From: an uncultured Candidatus Saccharibacteria bacterium
GTDB lineage: Bacteria; Patescibacteriota; Doudnabacteria; UBA920; 2-01-FULL-46-14
DNA: 63,639 nucleotides
Assembly: GCA_964396685.1 (NCBI GenBank)
Contig: CAYNFS010000004.1
Location: 1-63,639 of the forward strand
Reading direction: 5' to 3'
The translations under genes and the position numbers were made by a program. Below the pieces are notes generated by a model. It was given only the letters and a program-made list of their open reading frames with translations, had not been told where the DNA came from and did not search any database. Of the stretch, positions 1 through 9,014 are shown piece by piece; position 1 is the stretch's first letter; each line of letters begins with the position of its first letter.

Positions 1-9
1 GCAATAATC

Positions 10-300
10 TTATCCGAAGTGAAAATCAATTTTATTGATCTCGGATAACAGCTTTAGAGTTTCCTTTACTGATATGTTTTCAGTATTCAAAAAGATTACT
101 CTGTTTTTCGTGTTTCTGACCAAATTTACCAAAACCTCGTCTCCCCAGGACGGGGAAAAAGTGTTGACACCGCTAAAATCTATCATAACGTCCTCACCTT
201 CCCTTAAGTCCTTAAGCAATGGTTCAATAACTTTGAAGGCTTCCCGTCCGCTGTCTCTGGAGGTCAAAGTTGTGCCAAATTTTTTTAGTTCGATTTTCAT
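10..300 (-). CDS. STAS-like domain protein (DUF4325 family)
   Basis: 96 aa; 'SRDSGRE...V.IDFSGV...SPSWGDE' pattern typical of DUF4325; directly downstream of HTH-HATPase gene. Confidence 0.75.
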   Translation of the reverse strand: MKIELKKFGTTLTSRDSGREAFKVIEPLLKDLREGEDVMIDFSGVNTFSPSWGDEVLVNLVRNTKNRVIFLNTENISVKETLKLLSEINKIDFHFG

Positions 301-304
301 ATAT

Positions 305-1045
305 TTATAAATTTTTATAATCCAATATTGCGAAACAACCCCTTAAATTCTGCTTTACATCTGCAACAGAAAGCCTTTTATCTATTATAGCAACATCTTT
401 ACCTGACTGAAACCATAATTTCATCGAGTATTCGGTAACAATTCTCTTTACATATTTCAGGCCGTTACCTCTGGTCTCGGTAGGTCTGCCAGATATTATT
501 TCTGTGAAGGCCAGTATCAAAGCGTCTTTGTCGTTGGATAAATTTTTTCTAACTTTCTTCAATGTCGTCAAAACGCCCTGACCTCTGTCTGCCAATATTA
601 TCATTTTTTCCGGCAAATTGATACCAAAAAATATTCCCGGAATGTCCGGCCAATTTCCGATATTGTGGTCAAAAGAATTATTGCCGATTTCTCCGGCCAC
701 TGACGTTACAAGGGAGAACATCTCTTTCAGCTTCGGATCGTCCTGCAACAATTTTTCCAGCTTGCTTAAACGGGCGCGGAATATTGAAGAGTCTGCACAG
801 TAAAATCTTTGGGGAATACTCTTAATCTCATCTTCTTTGGAAAACGACCATTTAACCGCAACCTTATGGAGATACTTATAATTCTTCGTGAGAAAATCTT
901 CAATATCATCCTCAAAATAATACCTATGAGACGCGGAGCTTTGACGTTTAGCCTGAAGCGTCCCGTCAGCGTCCCATCTGCGCAGAGTAGTCGTGGTTAC
1001 GCCCAACATCTCGGCCACCTGTTTTATATCCAGTTTATTGTTCAA
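305..1045 (-). CDS. MerR-type HTH fused to histidine-kinase-like ATPase (RsbW-like)
   Basis: N-terminal 'IKQVAEMLGVTTTTLRRWD...HRYY' MerR HTH; GHKL motifs 'EIGNNSFDH', 'DRGQG', 'RGNGL'. Confidence 0.75.
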   Translation of the reverse strand: MNNKLDIKQVAEMLGVTTTTLRRWDADGTLQAKRQSSASHRYYFEDDIEDFLTKNYKYLHKVAVKWSFSKEDEIKSIPQRFYCADSSIFRARLSKLEKLLQDDPKLKEMFSLVTSVAGEIGNNSFDHNIGNWPDIPGIFFGINLPEKMIILADRGQGVLTTLKKVRKNLSNDKDALILAFTEIISGRPTETRGNGLKYVKRIVTEYSMKLWFQSGKDVAIIDKRLSVADVKQNLRGCFAILDYKNL

Positions 1046-1245
1046 GTAGTTTCAGCTTACTTGTTAAATCAACCCTATGCTAAATTATACATAATCACAT
1101 AATTTTCTGTCAAGCTAAACTATACATTTTTTTAACGTAAAACGTCTATTTTAGGCATTTTTATACAGTAAATTATACATTTTATATGAGCTAAAAATAG
1201 TTAATAATTATACAAAAACGATTTGAAATCAAAGCCCACGCCGTT

Positions 1246-1605
1246 TTAGTGTTGTTTTTGCTTGTCTGCCAAGCAGCTGTAGTCGAGCTTGGTCAGGTCA
1301 ACGTCGCCTTCGGGCTTGTCTTTCTTGACCTTCCAGCCCTGCGGAACAAGGCCGGTGTCTTTGGCGGCGATGGGCGTAACGATGCCCAGCAACTTTTTTG
1401 CATAGCTGTGGACGAAGGCTGTGAAGCTGGCTGCGAGGTCGTGCTTATAAGGCGCGGCATTGGCGTGGACGACCTGCAGCTCGTCGTGGGAGAAGCCCTC
1501 GTTGTTATCGAGGACTTTCTCGATTGCCTCCATGCTCAGGGCCCGAACCCGTCGGGCTTGATCTTTGGAAGCTGGCTTTTTGGATGTGAGCGATGATGTA
1601 GACAT
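1246..1605 (-). CDS. hypothetical protein, possibly 3'-truncated
   Basis: 119 aa ORF in a GC-rich patch that ends abruptly at an AT-rich junction near 1250. Confidence 0.45.
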   Translation of the reverse strand: MSTSSLTSKKPASKDQARRVRALSMEAIEKVLDNNEGFSHDELQVVHANAAPYKHDLAASFTAFVHSYAKKLLGIVTPIAAKDTGLVPQGWKVKKDKPEGDVDLTKLDYSCLADKQKQH

Positions 1606-1680
1606 ATCGTCAGCATCCTCCTTTTTTTCAGTTTGGAATTACTCAATCTCGGAATTGAGACGAGCAATTTAACTATCAAC

Positions 1681-1695
1681 TCCGCCAGAGGCGGA
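1681..1695. repeat. CCGCCAGAGGCGG-type palindromic element inside a longer imperfect inverted repeat (~1656-1735)
   Basis: TCCGCCAGAGGCGGA identical to half of the element at 45179; flanked by GCAATTTAA...TTAAATTGC. Confidence 0.65.
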
Positions 1696-1783
1696 CAGGC
1701 AAAACGCTTTGATGATTAAATTGCCAATCTCAATACAATAACGATATAATAGGTTAGCATATTTTAATGTTTATGGCAACCCA

Positions 1784-2872
1784 ATGTCTTTCTCTGTCGG
1801 CATAGTTGGACTTCCGAATGTTGGCAAATCAACCCTATTTAACGCCCTCACCAATCTGCGGGCCCTCGCGGCCAATTATCCTTTCGCCACGATTGACCCG
1901 AATGTGGGCGTGGTGGCCGTGCCTGATGAGCGCCTCGCGGCTCTGGCAAAACTGGAAAACTCCGCCAAGGTAATCCCGACTACCATCGAATTCAAAGACA
2001 TCGCCGGCCTGGTCAAAGAAGCTCACAAGGGCGCGGGGCTTGGCAATCAGTTTTTGTCGCACATCCGGGAGGTGGACGCGATTGTTGAAGTCGTGCGGTT
2101 TTTTGAGGACAAAAACGTGATCCATGTGGAAGGGACCGTGGATCCCAAGAGAGACATGGAGACAATCGAAACGGAACTGATTCTTGCCGACCTCCAGCTG
2201 ATTGAAAAAAAACTCGAAAATTTGAAATCCGCGGCCAAAAGCGGAAAAAAAGAAGACATACTCAAAGCCGACCTCGCGCAAAAGTATTTTGAAGCTTTGG
2301 GAGCGGGCAAACCGTCAAGCGAAGTAAATCCCGCCCCGGAAGAAAAACAATATTTGCACGAGTTTCCCCTGCTGACCAGAAAACCGACACTCTTTGTTGC
2401 AAATACAAAGCAAGGTGTCGCCCCCGCGCAGGCGGGGGCCCATTCCCTGGATCCCCGCTTTCGCGGGGATGACAATCTCGTTATACTCGACTGCCAGCTC
2501 GAGTCCGAAATCTCCGAACTGCCCGAAGAAGAAAGGAAAAACTATCTCAAAGAGCTGGGACTCACAGAATCTGGTCTAAATAAACTCATCAAGGCATCTT
2601 ACAAAATCTTAAATCTTGTCACTTTCTTTACGCGGCAATCGGGAATCGTCCAAGCTTGGACCTGCGAGCTCGGCACCAAAGCGCCCGCCGCTGCCGGAAT
2701 CATTCACACGGATTTTGAAAAAGGCTTCATCAAAGCCGAAGTCATAAATTGGGAAAAACTCGCCAAGGCTGGCTCCTGGCAGCAAGCTCACGAGCTGGGT
2801 CAAATCCAAACCGCAGGCAAAGGCTATGAGATCGCCGACGGCGATGTGGTGCATTTTAGGTTCAACGCATAA
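1784..2872 (+). CDS. ychF: redox-regulated ATPase YchF
   Basis: [32 protein letters not shown]; C-terminal TGS domain. Confidence 0.97.
   Translation: MSFSVGIVGLPNVGKSTLFNALTNLRALAANYPFATIDPNVGVVAVPDERLAALAKLENSAKVIPTTIEFKDIAGLVKEAHKGAGLGNQFLSHIREVDAIVEVVRFFEDKNVIHVEGTVDPKRDMETIETELILADLQLIEKKLENLKSAAKSGKKEDILKADLAQKYFEALGAGKPSSEVNPAPEEKQYLHEFPLLTRKPTLFVANTKQGVAPAQAGAHSLDPRFRGDDNLVILDCQLESEISELPEEERKNYLKELGLTESGLNKLIKASYKILNLVTFFTRQSGIVQAWTCELGTKAPAAAGIIHTDFEKGFIKAEVINWEKLAKAGSWQQAHELGQIQTAGKGYEIADGDVVHFRFNA
2417..2473. repeat. REP-like double hairpin (GTC...GAC family) in frame within ychF
   Basis: GTCGCCCCCGCGCAGGCGGGGGC...GGATCCCCGCTTTCGCGGGGATGAC; encodes [19 protein letters not shown]; homologous to 6132-6201. 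Confidence 0.85.
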
Positions 2873-2914
2873 ATGTTATACTAATCCTGCTCTGGCAAAT
2901 CTTCCGCGAGTTCA

Positions 2915-3337
2915 ATGGGCTCGCAACAGACAACCTTGGGTTTTTGGCTCATGCTTAGTACGCAAATGTCTCAAGAGGTGAAACGCTCGGCCTTAAGGGA
3001 GGGAAGGAAACCAAGCAACCAAATCCGGTTCTTGCTGGAGCTCATGCTTGAAATCTCTCAGCTAGAACCGCGATTTCACATCATCCCACAGACATTTGAG
3101 ACTTTGTCTGGGCTCTCGGTGAACTTTCGGGTGACCCTAGAGAGGAGATACGCCGAGTATCTCCAAGAATTAGCTGTCCGGTCTGAATTGCCTATGGCCG
3201 GGTTAGCCAGGCGGTTAGTACAAGCAGGGATCGAGCTGATAAATCAATGCTCGGTCCCGCAAAAGGTATTAAGAAAGGAGGAATTAAAAAAGCGGTTCTG
3301 GATGGAGCTAATGTGGCGCTGGTCTAGAATCAACTAA
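2915..3337 (+). CDS. hypothetical protein, possible tandem ribbon-helix-helix
   Basis: 140 aa with two strand-helix-helix-like segments; own downstream terminator. Confidence 0.5.
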   Translation: MGSQQTTLGFWLMLSTQMSQEVKRSALREGRKPSNQIRFLLELMLEISQLEPRFHIIPQTFETLSGLSVNFRVTLERRYAEYLQELAVRSELPMAGLARRLVQAGIELINQCSVPQKVLRKEELKKRFWMELMWRWSRIN

Positions 3338-3363
3338 GGCGGTCCTTGGGAGCAACCGCCTTT
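3336..3363 (+). terminator. intrinsic terminator
   Basis: AAGGCGGT...ACCGCCTT stem followed by T-rich tract. Confidence 0.6.
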
Positions 3364-3421
3364 CTGCTTTCCTTAGATGCTTGACTGCGGGCATTTGGCC
3401 TTGATATACTTTGGAAACAGC

Positions 3422-3871
3422 ATGCCAAAATATGAATTAATGTATATTATCGGCAGTCAAATTTCTGACAATGATATTCCGGAAGTGACTGGAGAAGTGA
3501 AAAAATATATTGAGGGCAAGGGCGGAATTATCGAGAAAGAGGAAGAATTGGGGAAAAAGAAATTGGCTTATCCGATAAAGCATCAAAAAATCGGCCATTA
3601 TGTGGCAGTGAACTTTGATGCACCGTCAGATGCGCTGGCCGAGATCGAGCACCGGATCCGCACCAATCAAGGCATCATCCGGCACCTCATAATAAACCTG
3701 GAAGAAGCCCTTGTCCGCATGGAAAAGGACCGCAAAGCCCAAGCCAAATTAAAACTGGTAAGGCCCAAAATAGAAGAAGTAAGAGCCGCACCGGCCAGAG
3801 CCGGGAGAAAAATTGAGATTGATCTGGATGCCGAAATCGAAAAAGCCTTGGAATCAGAAGACCTTAAATAA
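3422..3871 (+). CDS. rpsF: 30S ribosomal protein S6
   Basis: MPKYELMYII...GKKKLAYPI; start moved to ATG 3422. Confidence 0.95.
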   Translation: MPKYELMYIIGSQISDNDIPEVTGEVKKYIEGKGGIIEKEEELGKKKLAYPIKHQKIGHYVAVNFDAPSDALAEIEHRIRTNQGIIRHLIINLEEALVRMEKDRKAQAKLKLVRPKIEEVRAAPARAGRKIEIDLDAEIEKALESEDLK

Positions 3872-3872
3872 T

Positions 3873-3962
3873 TAAAATTCTAAATCTTAAATACTAAATC
3901 CTAAACAATTTCTAAATCACAAATTCTAAACTTTTAGAATTTAGAGATTCGAATTTAGGATT
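3873..3962. repeat. degenerate heptamer tandem repeat (CTAAATx) arranged as an inverted repeat
   Basis: AAATTCTAAATCTTAAATACTAAATCCTAAA...TTTTAGAATTTAGAGATTCGAATTTAGGATTT. Confidence 0.7.
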
Positions 3963-3971
3963 TACAAATAC

Positions 3972-4436
3972 ATGGACCTAAATCGTGCAACCATTGTCGG
4001 CCGTTTAACCCGGGACCCCGAAGCCCGCACCACGCCTTCGGGTATTAACGTAACTTCTTTCGGGGTCGCCACAAATTTCGTCTGGACCGATCCTTCTGGC
4101 GTGAAAAAAGAATCAGTGGAATACCACAATGTGGTCGCCTGGCGCAAGCTTGGGGAAATCGTCGCCCAGTATTTGCGCAAAGGTTCTCGCATTTTGGTGG
4201 AAGGAAGGCTGCAGACTAGAACCTGGGACGGGCAGGACGGCACAAAGAAGAACCGGACGGAAATTGTGGCGGACAACCTCATCATGCTGGACAGCAAGGG
4301 TGCCGCGTCCACCGCCCCCCCCGCAAACCGCGAAGAAGCGGTGATTGAAGAGCCTGCTCCGGCCGCCGAACCGCAAACTGCCCCAAAACCCCCTGCTGGC
4401 GAGGAAGAAATAACCGTTGAGGATATCCCCTTTTGA
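3972..4436 (+). CDS. ssb: single-stranded DNA-binding protein
   Basis: MDLNRATIVGRLTRDPE...; acidic C-terminal 'EDIPF'. Confidence 0.97.
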   Translation: MDLNRATIVGRLTRDPEARTTPSGINVTSFGVATNFVWTDPSGVKKESVEYHNVVAWRKLGEIVAQYLRKGSRILVEGRLQTRTWDGQDGTKKNRTEIVADNLIMLDSKGAASTAPPANREEAVIEEPAPAAEPQTAPKPPAGEEEITVEDIPF

Positions 4437-4439
4437 TCT

Positions 4440-4658
4440 ATGAACAATAATTTGGAAAAACCCTGTTATTTTTGCCAAAACAAAATATCGCATATAGACT
4501 ACAAGGACATCCAGTTTTTGCGCCGGTTTATGTCACCACACGCCAAAATTTTGGGCCGCAAACGCACCGGCTCCTGCCAAACGCATCAGAAACTTGTCAC
4601 CAAAGCACTCAAACGCGCGCGCCACATGGCCCTTCTTCCGTTTGTGCCAACAACCTAA
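4440..4658 (+). CDS. rpsR: 30S ribosomal protein S18
   Basis: CYFC...IDYKD...RRFMS...RTGSC..HQ...ALKRARHMALLPF. Confidence 0.96.
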   Translation: MNNNLEKPCYFCQNKISHIDYKDIQFLRRFMSPHAKILGRKRTGSCQTHQKLVTKALKRARHMALLPFVPTT

Positions 4659-4685
4659 AATGGCAACCCTCGGTTTTTCTGATCC

Positions 4686-4736
4686 ACCCCCCTCTTCATC
4701 TCCCCCTTATCAGGGGGGGAGAAACAAAGGGGGGGT
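4686..4736. repeat. C-rich/G-rich hairpin repeat (DUF559-flank family), intergenic
   Basis: CCCCCCTCTTCATCTCCCCCTTATCAGGGGGGGAGAAACAAAGGGGGGG; closely similar to 42181-42225. Confidence 0.8.
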
Positions 4737-4747
4737 TCTAAAAAATT

Positions 4748-5311
4748 ATGCAATTAGAATTTTCAGAATTAAAAAAAGGAACCGTCATCCTCTACAACCG
4801 GGAACCGCATGAAATCATGTGGTCAAATTTTATGCGCATGCAGCAGCGCAAACCGGTCATGCAGATGAAACTCCGCAATCTGATCACCGGCAAAGTCGTG
4901 GAGTATTCGGTAAAATCCGGAGAACGGGTGGAGGTCGCGGAAATCACCAAACAAAAAGCGCAATATCTTTACGCTGACCCCCAGGGAGCGCATTTCATGG
5001 ACAGCAAAACTTTTGAGAGCTTCGTCATTCCCAAAGACGTAGCCCAGGATAAGGTCGGCTATCTTAAGGAAGGCGAAGAGATTGCGATTGAATTTTTTGA
5101 CGACAAACCGATCAGCATCGAACTGCCGGTCAAAGTGGATTTGAAAGTCGTAAACACGCCTCCGGGAATCAAAGGCGATACCGCAACCGGCGGCAGCAAG
5201 CCGGCCACACTGGAAACGGGGATTACTGTTGACGTGCCTTTATTTGTCAAAGAAGGCGATAATGTCAGAATCAACACGGAAACGGGAGAATATGTTGAGA
5301 GAGCAAATTAG
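4748..5311 (+). CDS. efp: elongation factor P
   Basis: LKKGTVI...; 'PGIKGDTATGGSKPATLETG..V.VPLFV..GD...INTETGEYVERA'. Confidence 0.95.
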   Translation: MQLEFSELKKGTVILYNREPHEIMWSNFMRMQQRKPVMQMKLRNLITGKVVEYSVKSGERVEVAEITKQKAQYLYADPQGAHFMDSKTFESFVIPKDVAQDKVGYLKEGEEIAIEFFDDKPISIELPVKVDLKVVNTPPGIKGDTATGGSKPATLETGITVDVPLFVKEGDNVRINTETGEYVERAN

Positions 5312-5420
5312 GCGACTAACGCAAAACCAGGCTGTAAAACAGATACACGATAAAAACGATAATCAAAACTATAAAGATGTAAAGCCCGAGAGGATGTTTT
5401 TGATTCTGGTCTGGCATTTA

Positions 5421-6065
5421 TTAAAACCGCGCTTCTAAAAATTCAATTATTTTGCCCATGAGATCGGGGTGGCTTTGAAAAAGATTAGTGCCGTGCCCCC
5501 CGCGCTCGTAGCAAATCTTTGGCGGATTTCCCAAAGCTTTTGAAAGCTCCTCGCAACTTCCGCCCATCGTACCGCTGTCATCTTCTGCGCCGACAAATAA
5601 TATCTTATTTTTTTCTGCGATTTTTTCTGCCAGAGGCTGAATTTCAATTCCCCGATAATCAATGCCCGGCGAGAGCAGGATTGCGACTTTGGTTTCTGGC
5701 TTTTCTGCCAGGTATTGCAAAGACAAATTCGCGCCGATGCTGGCGCCGGCAAACCCGATTTGGGTAATCTTCTTTTCTATAAAAAAATCGGCCGCCGCTT
5801 CCAAATCCAAAATTGAAGCCTGGTGTTCTTTGTCGGAAAAATTCCTATAATCTCCCCCGCCTGAATCCCCATGCCCGCGCAAATCGATTGCCAAGACGTG
5901 ATGGTCTGCCGCTTGAAGCTTGCTTGCAAACTCTGCCCACGATTTTCTGGTCGCCGGCATCATGTGAACTAACACCACCCCCTTACTGCTCGCCTTTTCA
6001 GGCTCGTAGTGGTCCCCGACTATATCCACACCATCTTTGGATTTAAATTCGATTCGTACCGCCAT
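5421..6065 (-). CDS. alpha/beta hydrolase
   Basis: DLRGHGDS, GASIGAN nucleophile elbow, C-terminal GHG. Confidence 0.85.
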   Translation of the reverse strand: MAVRIEFKSKDGVDIVGDHYEPEKASSKGVVLVHMMPATRKSWAEFASKLQAADHHVLAIDLRGHGDSGGGDYRNFSDKEHQASILDLEAAADFFIEKKITQIGFAGASIGANLSLQYLAEKPETKVAILLSPGIDYRGIEIQPLAEKIAEKNKILFVGAEDDSGTMGGSCEELSKALGNPPKICYERGGHGTNLFQSHPDLMGKIIEFLEARF

Positions 6066-6131
6066 ATCTGTAAATTTCTAATTAACCTAATTGACCTGAA
6101 CTCATCTCAAAATGATTTTTCCCCGCTTTCC

Positions 6132-6201
6132 GTCATTCCCGCGAAAGCGGGAATCCAGTAAATAAGCCAAAATCTGGATTCCGGATCAAGCCCGGAATGA
6201 C
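6132..6201. repeat. REP-like double hairpin (GTCATT...AATGAC family)
   Basis: GTCATTCCCGCGAAAGCGGGAATCCAG...CTGGATTCCGGATCAAGCCCGGAATGAC. Confidence 0.85.
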
Positions 6202-6254
6202 AGAAAACTAATTTTGAGATAGGCTCTAGTCAATTAGACATTAGAATAATTAGG

Positions 6255-7184
6255 TTAATTTTCATCTTGCTCCACGAGCCACCTCTCTGCGTCCATTGCC
6301 GCTTTGCAGCCGGCTCCGGCGGCGGTGATAGCTTGACGATAAATGTGATCATGAACGTCGCCCGCGACAAATACTCCTTCGATATTGGTCCGGCTGCCGT
6401 CATAAATTTTAATATAGCCTTTCTGGTCCATGTCCAGGCCGGAGCCGGCCAAAAACTTGGTGTTCGGCTCGTGCCCGACGGCCACAAACATGCCATCCAC
6501 CTGTAAGTCCTGTTCCTGGCCGGTTTTGAGGTTTTTAATTTTTACCCCTTCCACTTTCTCTTGACCCAAAACCTCAACTATTTGCGTGTCCCAAATAAAC
6601 TTGATTTTGGGATTGTCAAAAGCCCTGCGCTGCATAATTTTGCTGGCGCGCAACGTATCCCGGCGGTGAATCACGGTAACTTCTGACGCAAACTTGGTCA
6701 AAACCAAAGCTTCTTCCATAGCGCTGTCCCCGCCGCCCACCACTATGACTTTTTTGTTTCTAAAAAAGAAAGCATCGCATGGAGCACAACTGGAAACCCC
6801 GCGGCCGATCAATCTTTTCTCCGAGGGAAGTCCGAGCCATCTGGCATTGGCGCCGGCGGCGATTATCACCGACTTGGCATGATACTCCCCGTCACTCGTT
6901 AAGACCCGAAACGGCCCCCTCGAAAAATCCACTCTTGTCGCATCTTCAAATTTGATTTTCGCGCCAAACCGCTTGGCCTGCTCGAGCATTTGGTTTATGA
7001 GCTCCGGGCCTAAGATGTCTTTGGCAAACCCGGGATAATTCCCCACGTCAGTCGTCAGCATCAGCTGGCCGCCGTAAATGGAGCCTGCCAGAAGCAGGGG
7101 TTTCAGCTCGGCGCGAGCAGTATAAATTGCGGCCGTAAGTCCTGCCGGGCCTGACCCGATTATTATGACTTTATACGAGCTCAT
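6255..7184 (-). CDS. trxB: thioredoxin-disulfide reductase
   Basis: GSGPAGLTAA, CAPCD active site, GGGDSAMEEA, AGDV..HIYRQA. Confidence 0.96.
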   Translation of the reverse strand: MSSYKVIIIGSGPAGLTAAIYTARAELKPLLLAGSIYGGQLMLTTDVGNYPGFAKDILGPELINQMLEQAKRFGAKIKFEDATRVDFSRGPFRVLTSDGEYHAKSVIIAAGANARWLGLPSEKRLIGRGVSSCAPCDAFFFRNKKVIVVGGGDSAMEEALVLTKFASEVTVIHRRDTLRASKIMQRRAFDNPKIKFIWDTQIVEVLGQEKVEGVKIKNLKTGQEQDLQVDGMFVAVGHEPNTKFLAGSGLDMDQKGYIKIYDGSRTNIEGVFVAGDVHDHIYRQAITAAGAGCKAAMDAERWLVEQDEN

Positions 7185-7785
7185 ATCGTCTTAATTCCTT
7201 TTGGAACTGACGGGCGTTTCGGTAAAGAATCGCATTCATGCCGGCTTTTTCGGCGCCTTTGATATTTACCAAACGATCATCAACCATCACAGCTTCTTTA
7301 GGCTTAATTTTTAATTTTTCCAGCACAAAACTATAAGCCGCAACATCCGGTTTGACAAGATGCATCTGTGTAGAAAGAAAAACTTTTCGGAAAAGCTTTT
7401 TGGTGGGGATTTTTTTGATGCGCATCACTTCCAAAGCCATACTGCCTATGGAATTGGTAAACATCGCCACCCGCTTTCTTCCCAGCTTTTTAATAACCTT
7501 CAGAAGCGCCTCATCCCTTTTCGCCCGCTCCACAATAACCTTGTGCATTTGCTGGGGGGTTAGATGCACGCCGAAAACATTGCGCAGCGTCTGGTAAAAC
7601 TCCCGCTCGCTGATATGGCCGAGGTTTACCTGCCGCTCCAGCTCCAAAATTTTCCGCTGTCCCACTGCAGTCAAACAAGCCATGCAATAATGGTTGATGA
7701 ACTCCAGGTAACTGCCGTGCACCACGACTCCGCCGAGGTCAAAAATTATAACTTTGATTTTGGGTTTTCTTTTCGGCTGCGCCAT
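7171..7785 (-). CDS. HAD-family phosphatase
   Basis: IIFDLGGV motif I, KPD, VDD; start moved to MAQPK (7785). Confidence 0.85.
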   Translation of the reverse strand: MAQPKRKPKIKVIIFDLGGVVVHGSYLEFINHYCMACLTAVGQRKILELERQVNLGHISEREFYQTLRNVFGVHLTPQQMHKVIVERAKRDEALLKVIKKLGRKRVAMFTNSIGSMALEVMRIKKIPTKKLFRKVFLSTQMHLVKPDVAAYSFVLEKLKIKPKEAVMVDDRLVNIKGAEKAGMNAILYRNARQFQKELRRYELV

Positions 7786-7802
7786 TCTTAGATTATACCA
7801 CA

Positions 7803-8036
7803 CTAGCCCTTGAGGACGGATTCAATCGCTTCTTTTTGGAATCCGACAATGATTTTGCCGCCGATATCAATCACCGGCACGGCCAACTGCCCTGATTTTT
7901 GGATCATTTCCTCCTGAAGCTTGGGGTCGTGCGTCACGTCTTTCTCCTCGTACTCAACGGCTTTTTCTTTGAAATATGCCTTGGCCATTTTGCAGAAAGG
8001 ACAGGTAATCGTAGTGTAGATAATTGGTTTGAGCAT
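7803..8036 (-). CDS. glutaredoxin-like protein (NrdH/YruB type)
   Basis: CPFC; SGQLAVPVI...IVGF. Confidence 0.9.
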   Translation of the reverse strand: MLKPIIYTTITCPFCKMAKAYFKEKAVEYEEKDVTHDPKLQEEMIQKSGQLAVPVIDIGGKIIVGFQKEAIESVLKG

Positions 8037-8055
8037 GATTTTAATTGCTGATCAG

Positions 8056-8814
8056 TTATAAATAATCCAAGAGCCGGTCATAATCAATAAAATTAAAAAG
8101 CCGATAAGCGTAAGCAAGCCAAAAGCCAAATTTGTCGGTAACGAGCAAAATCCCCAGGAAAAGAAGAAACAAACCGCCTATTACATTGAGGTAGGGGCTT
8201 GCTTTCGCAAGCCAAATACCAACCGACCCGATTCCTGCGGCAATCAGCAGGAAGGGTGTGGCGAGCCCCAGGGAAAACACCGCCAGCAGCAAAGCCCCGG
8301 TTGCCGCCGTGGCCGAGGCGGAAGCCAGAAGCAAAATTGATCCCAGCACCGGCCCCACGCACGGGGTCCAGCCAAAAGCAAAAGCCGAACCAAACAGGAA
8401 TGAACTCGCCGGTCTGCGGGGTTTAAGCCAAGAGCTTACCAAGCTTTTTTCAGTCTGCAAAAAATTCAAAAAGCGAAACTTGAGGACTCCCAGCATGTAA
8501 AGGCCGAAAAATACCACAAAAGCTCCGCCGACTCGAGACAGCCAAAAGCGATATTTGACCAAAGCCGTTCCGCCTAAACCAAAAAGACTGCCCAATAGGA
8601 TAAAAACCGCGCTGAAGCCGATGACATACAGCAGGCCGTTGTAGAAAACTTTGCGGCGGGCTGTTTTAGCCTTCGCCGGATCCTGGAAATCAGCAATTGA
8701 AACGCCGCTGATGAAACTCAAATATCCCGGCACGAGAGGAAGGGTGCAGGGGGCCAAAAATGTCAGGACTCCGGCGATAAATGCGGGAATTATTAAACTT
8801 GTCGGATCAATCAT
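8056..8814 (-). CDS. ccdA: cytochrome c biogenesis protein CcdA (DsbD membrane domain)
   Basis: LAPCTLPLVPGY and WTPCVGPVLG motifs; ~6 TM helices. Confidence 0.9.
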   Translation of the reverse strand: MIDPTSLIIPAFIAGVLTFLAPCTLPLVPGYLSFISGVSIADFQDPAKAKTARRKVFYNGLLYVIGFSAVFILLGSLFGLGGTALVKYRFWLSRVGGAFVVFFGLYMLGVLKFRFLNFLQTEKSLVSSWLKPRRPASSFLFGSAFAFGWTPCVGPVLGSILLLASASATAATGALLLAVFSLGLATPFLLIAAGIGSVGIWLAKASPYLNVIGGLFLLFLGILLVTDKFGFWLAYAYRLFNFIDYDRLLDYL

Positions 8815-9014
8815 ATTTTATTCTCCAGAGCATGTTTGGTTATTTCAAGGCTGCAGCCATTGTGAGCGCGGCAAAAATTTTCGCACTTTTCCGCAAGTTC
8901 CTTATTATCATAATGAAACCCGCAGACCGGACACTGGAAACTATCCGCAAATGATTTTTTTGAGTTTTCTTGTGAAGTCATTATTTTTGAGAGCATAGCA
9001 AATGTTTTGTCCAA
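8811..9014 (-). CDS. small Cys/His-rich putative metal-binding protein
   Basis: CPVCGFHY...CENFC..H..CS; start uncertain. Confidence 0.6.
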   Translation of the reverse strand: MDKTFAMLSKIMTSQENSKKSFADSFQCPVCGFHYDNKELAEKCENFCRAHNGCSLEITKHALENKI

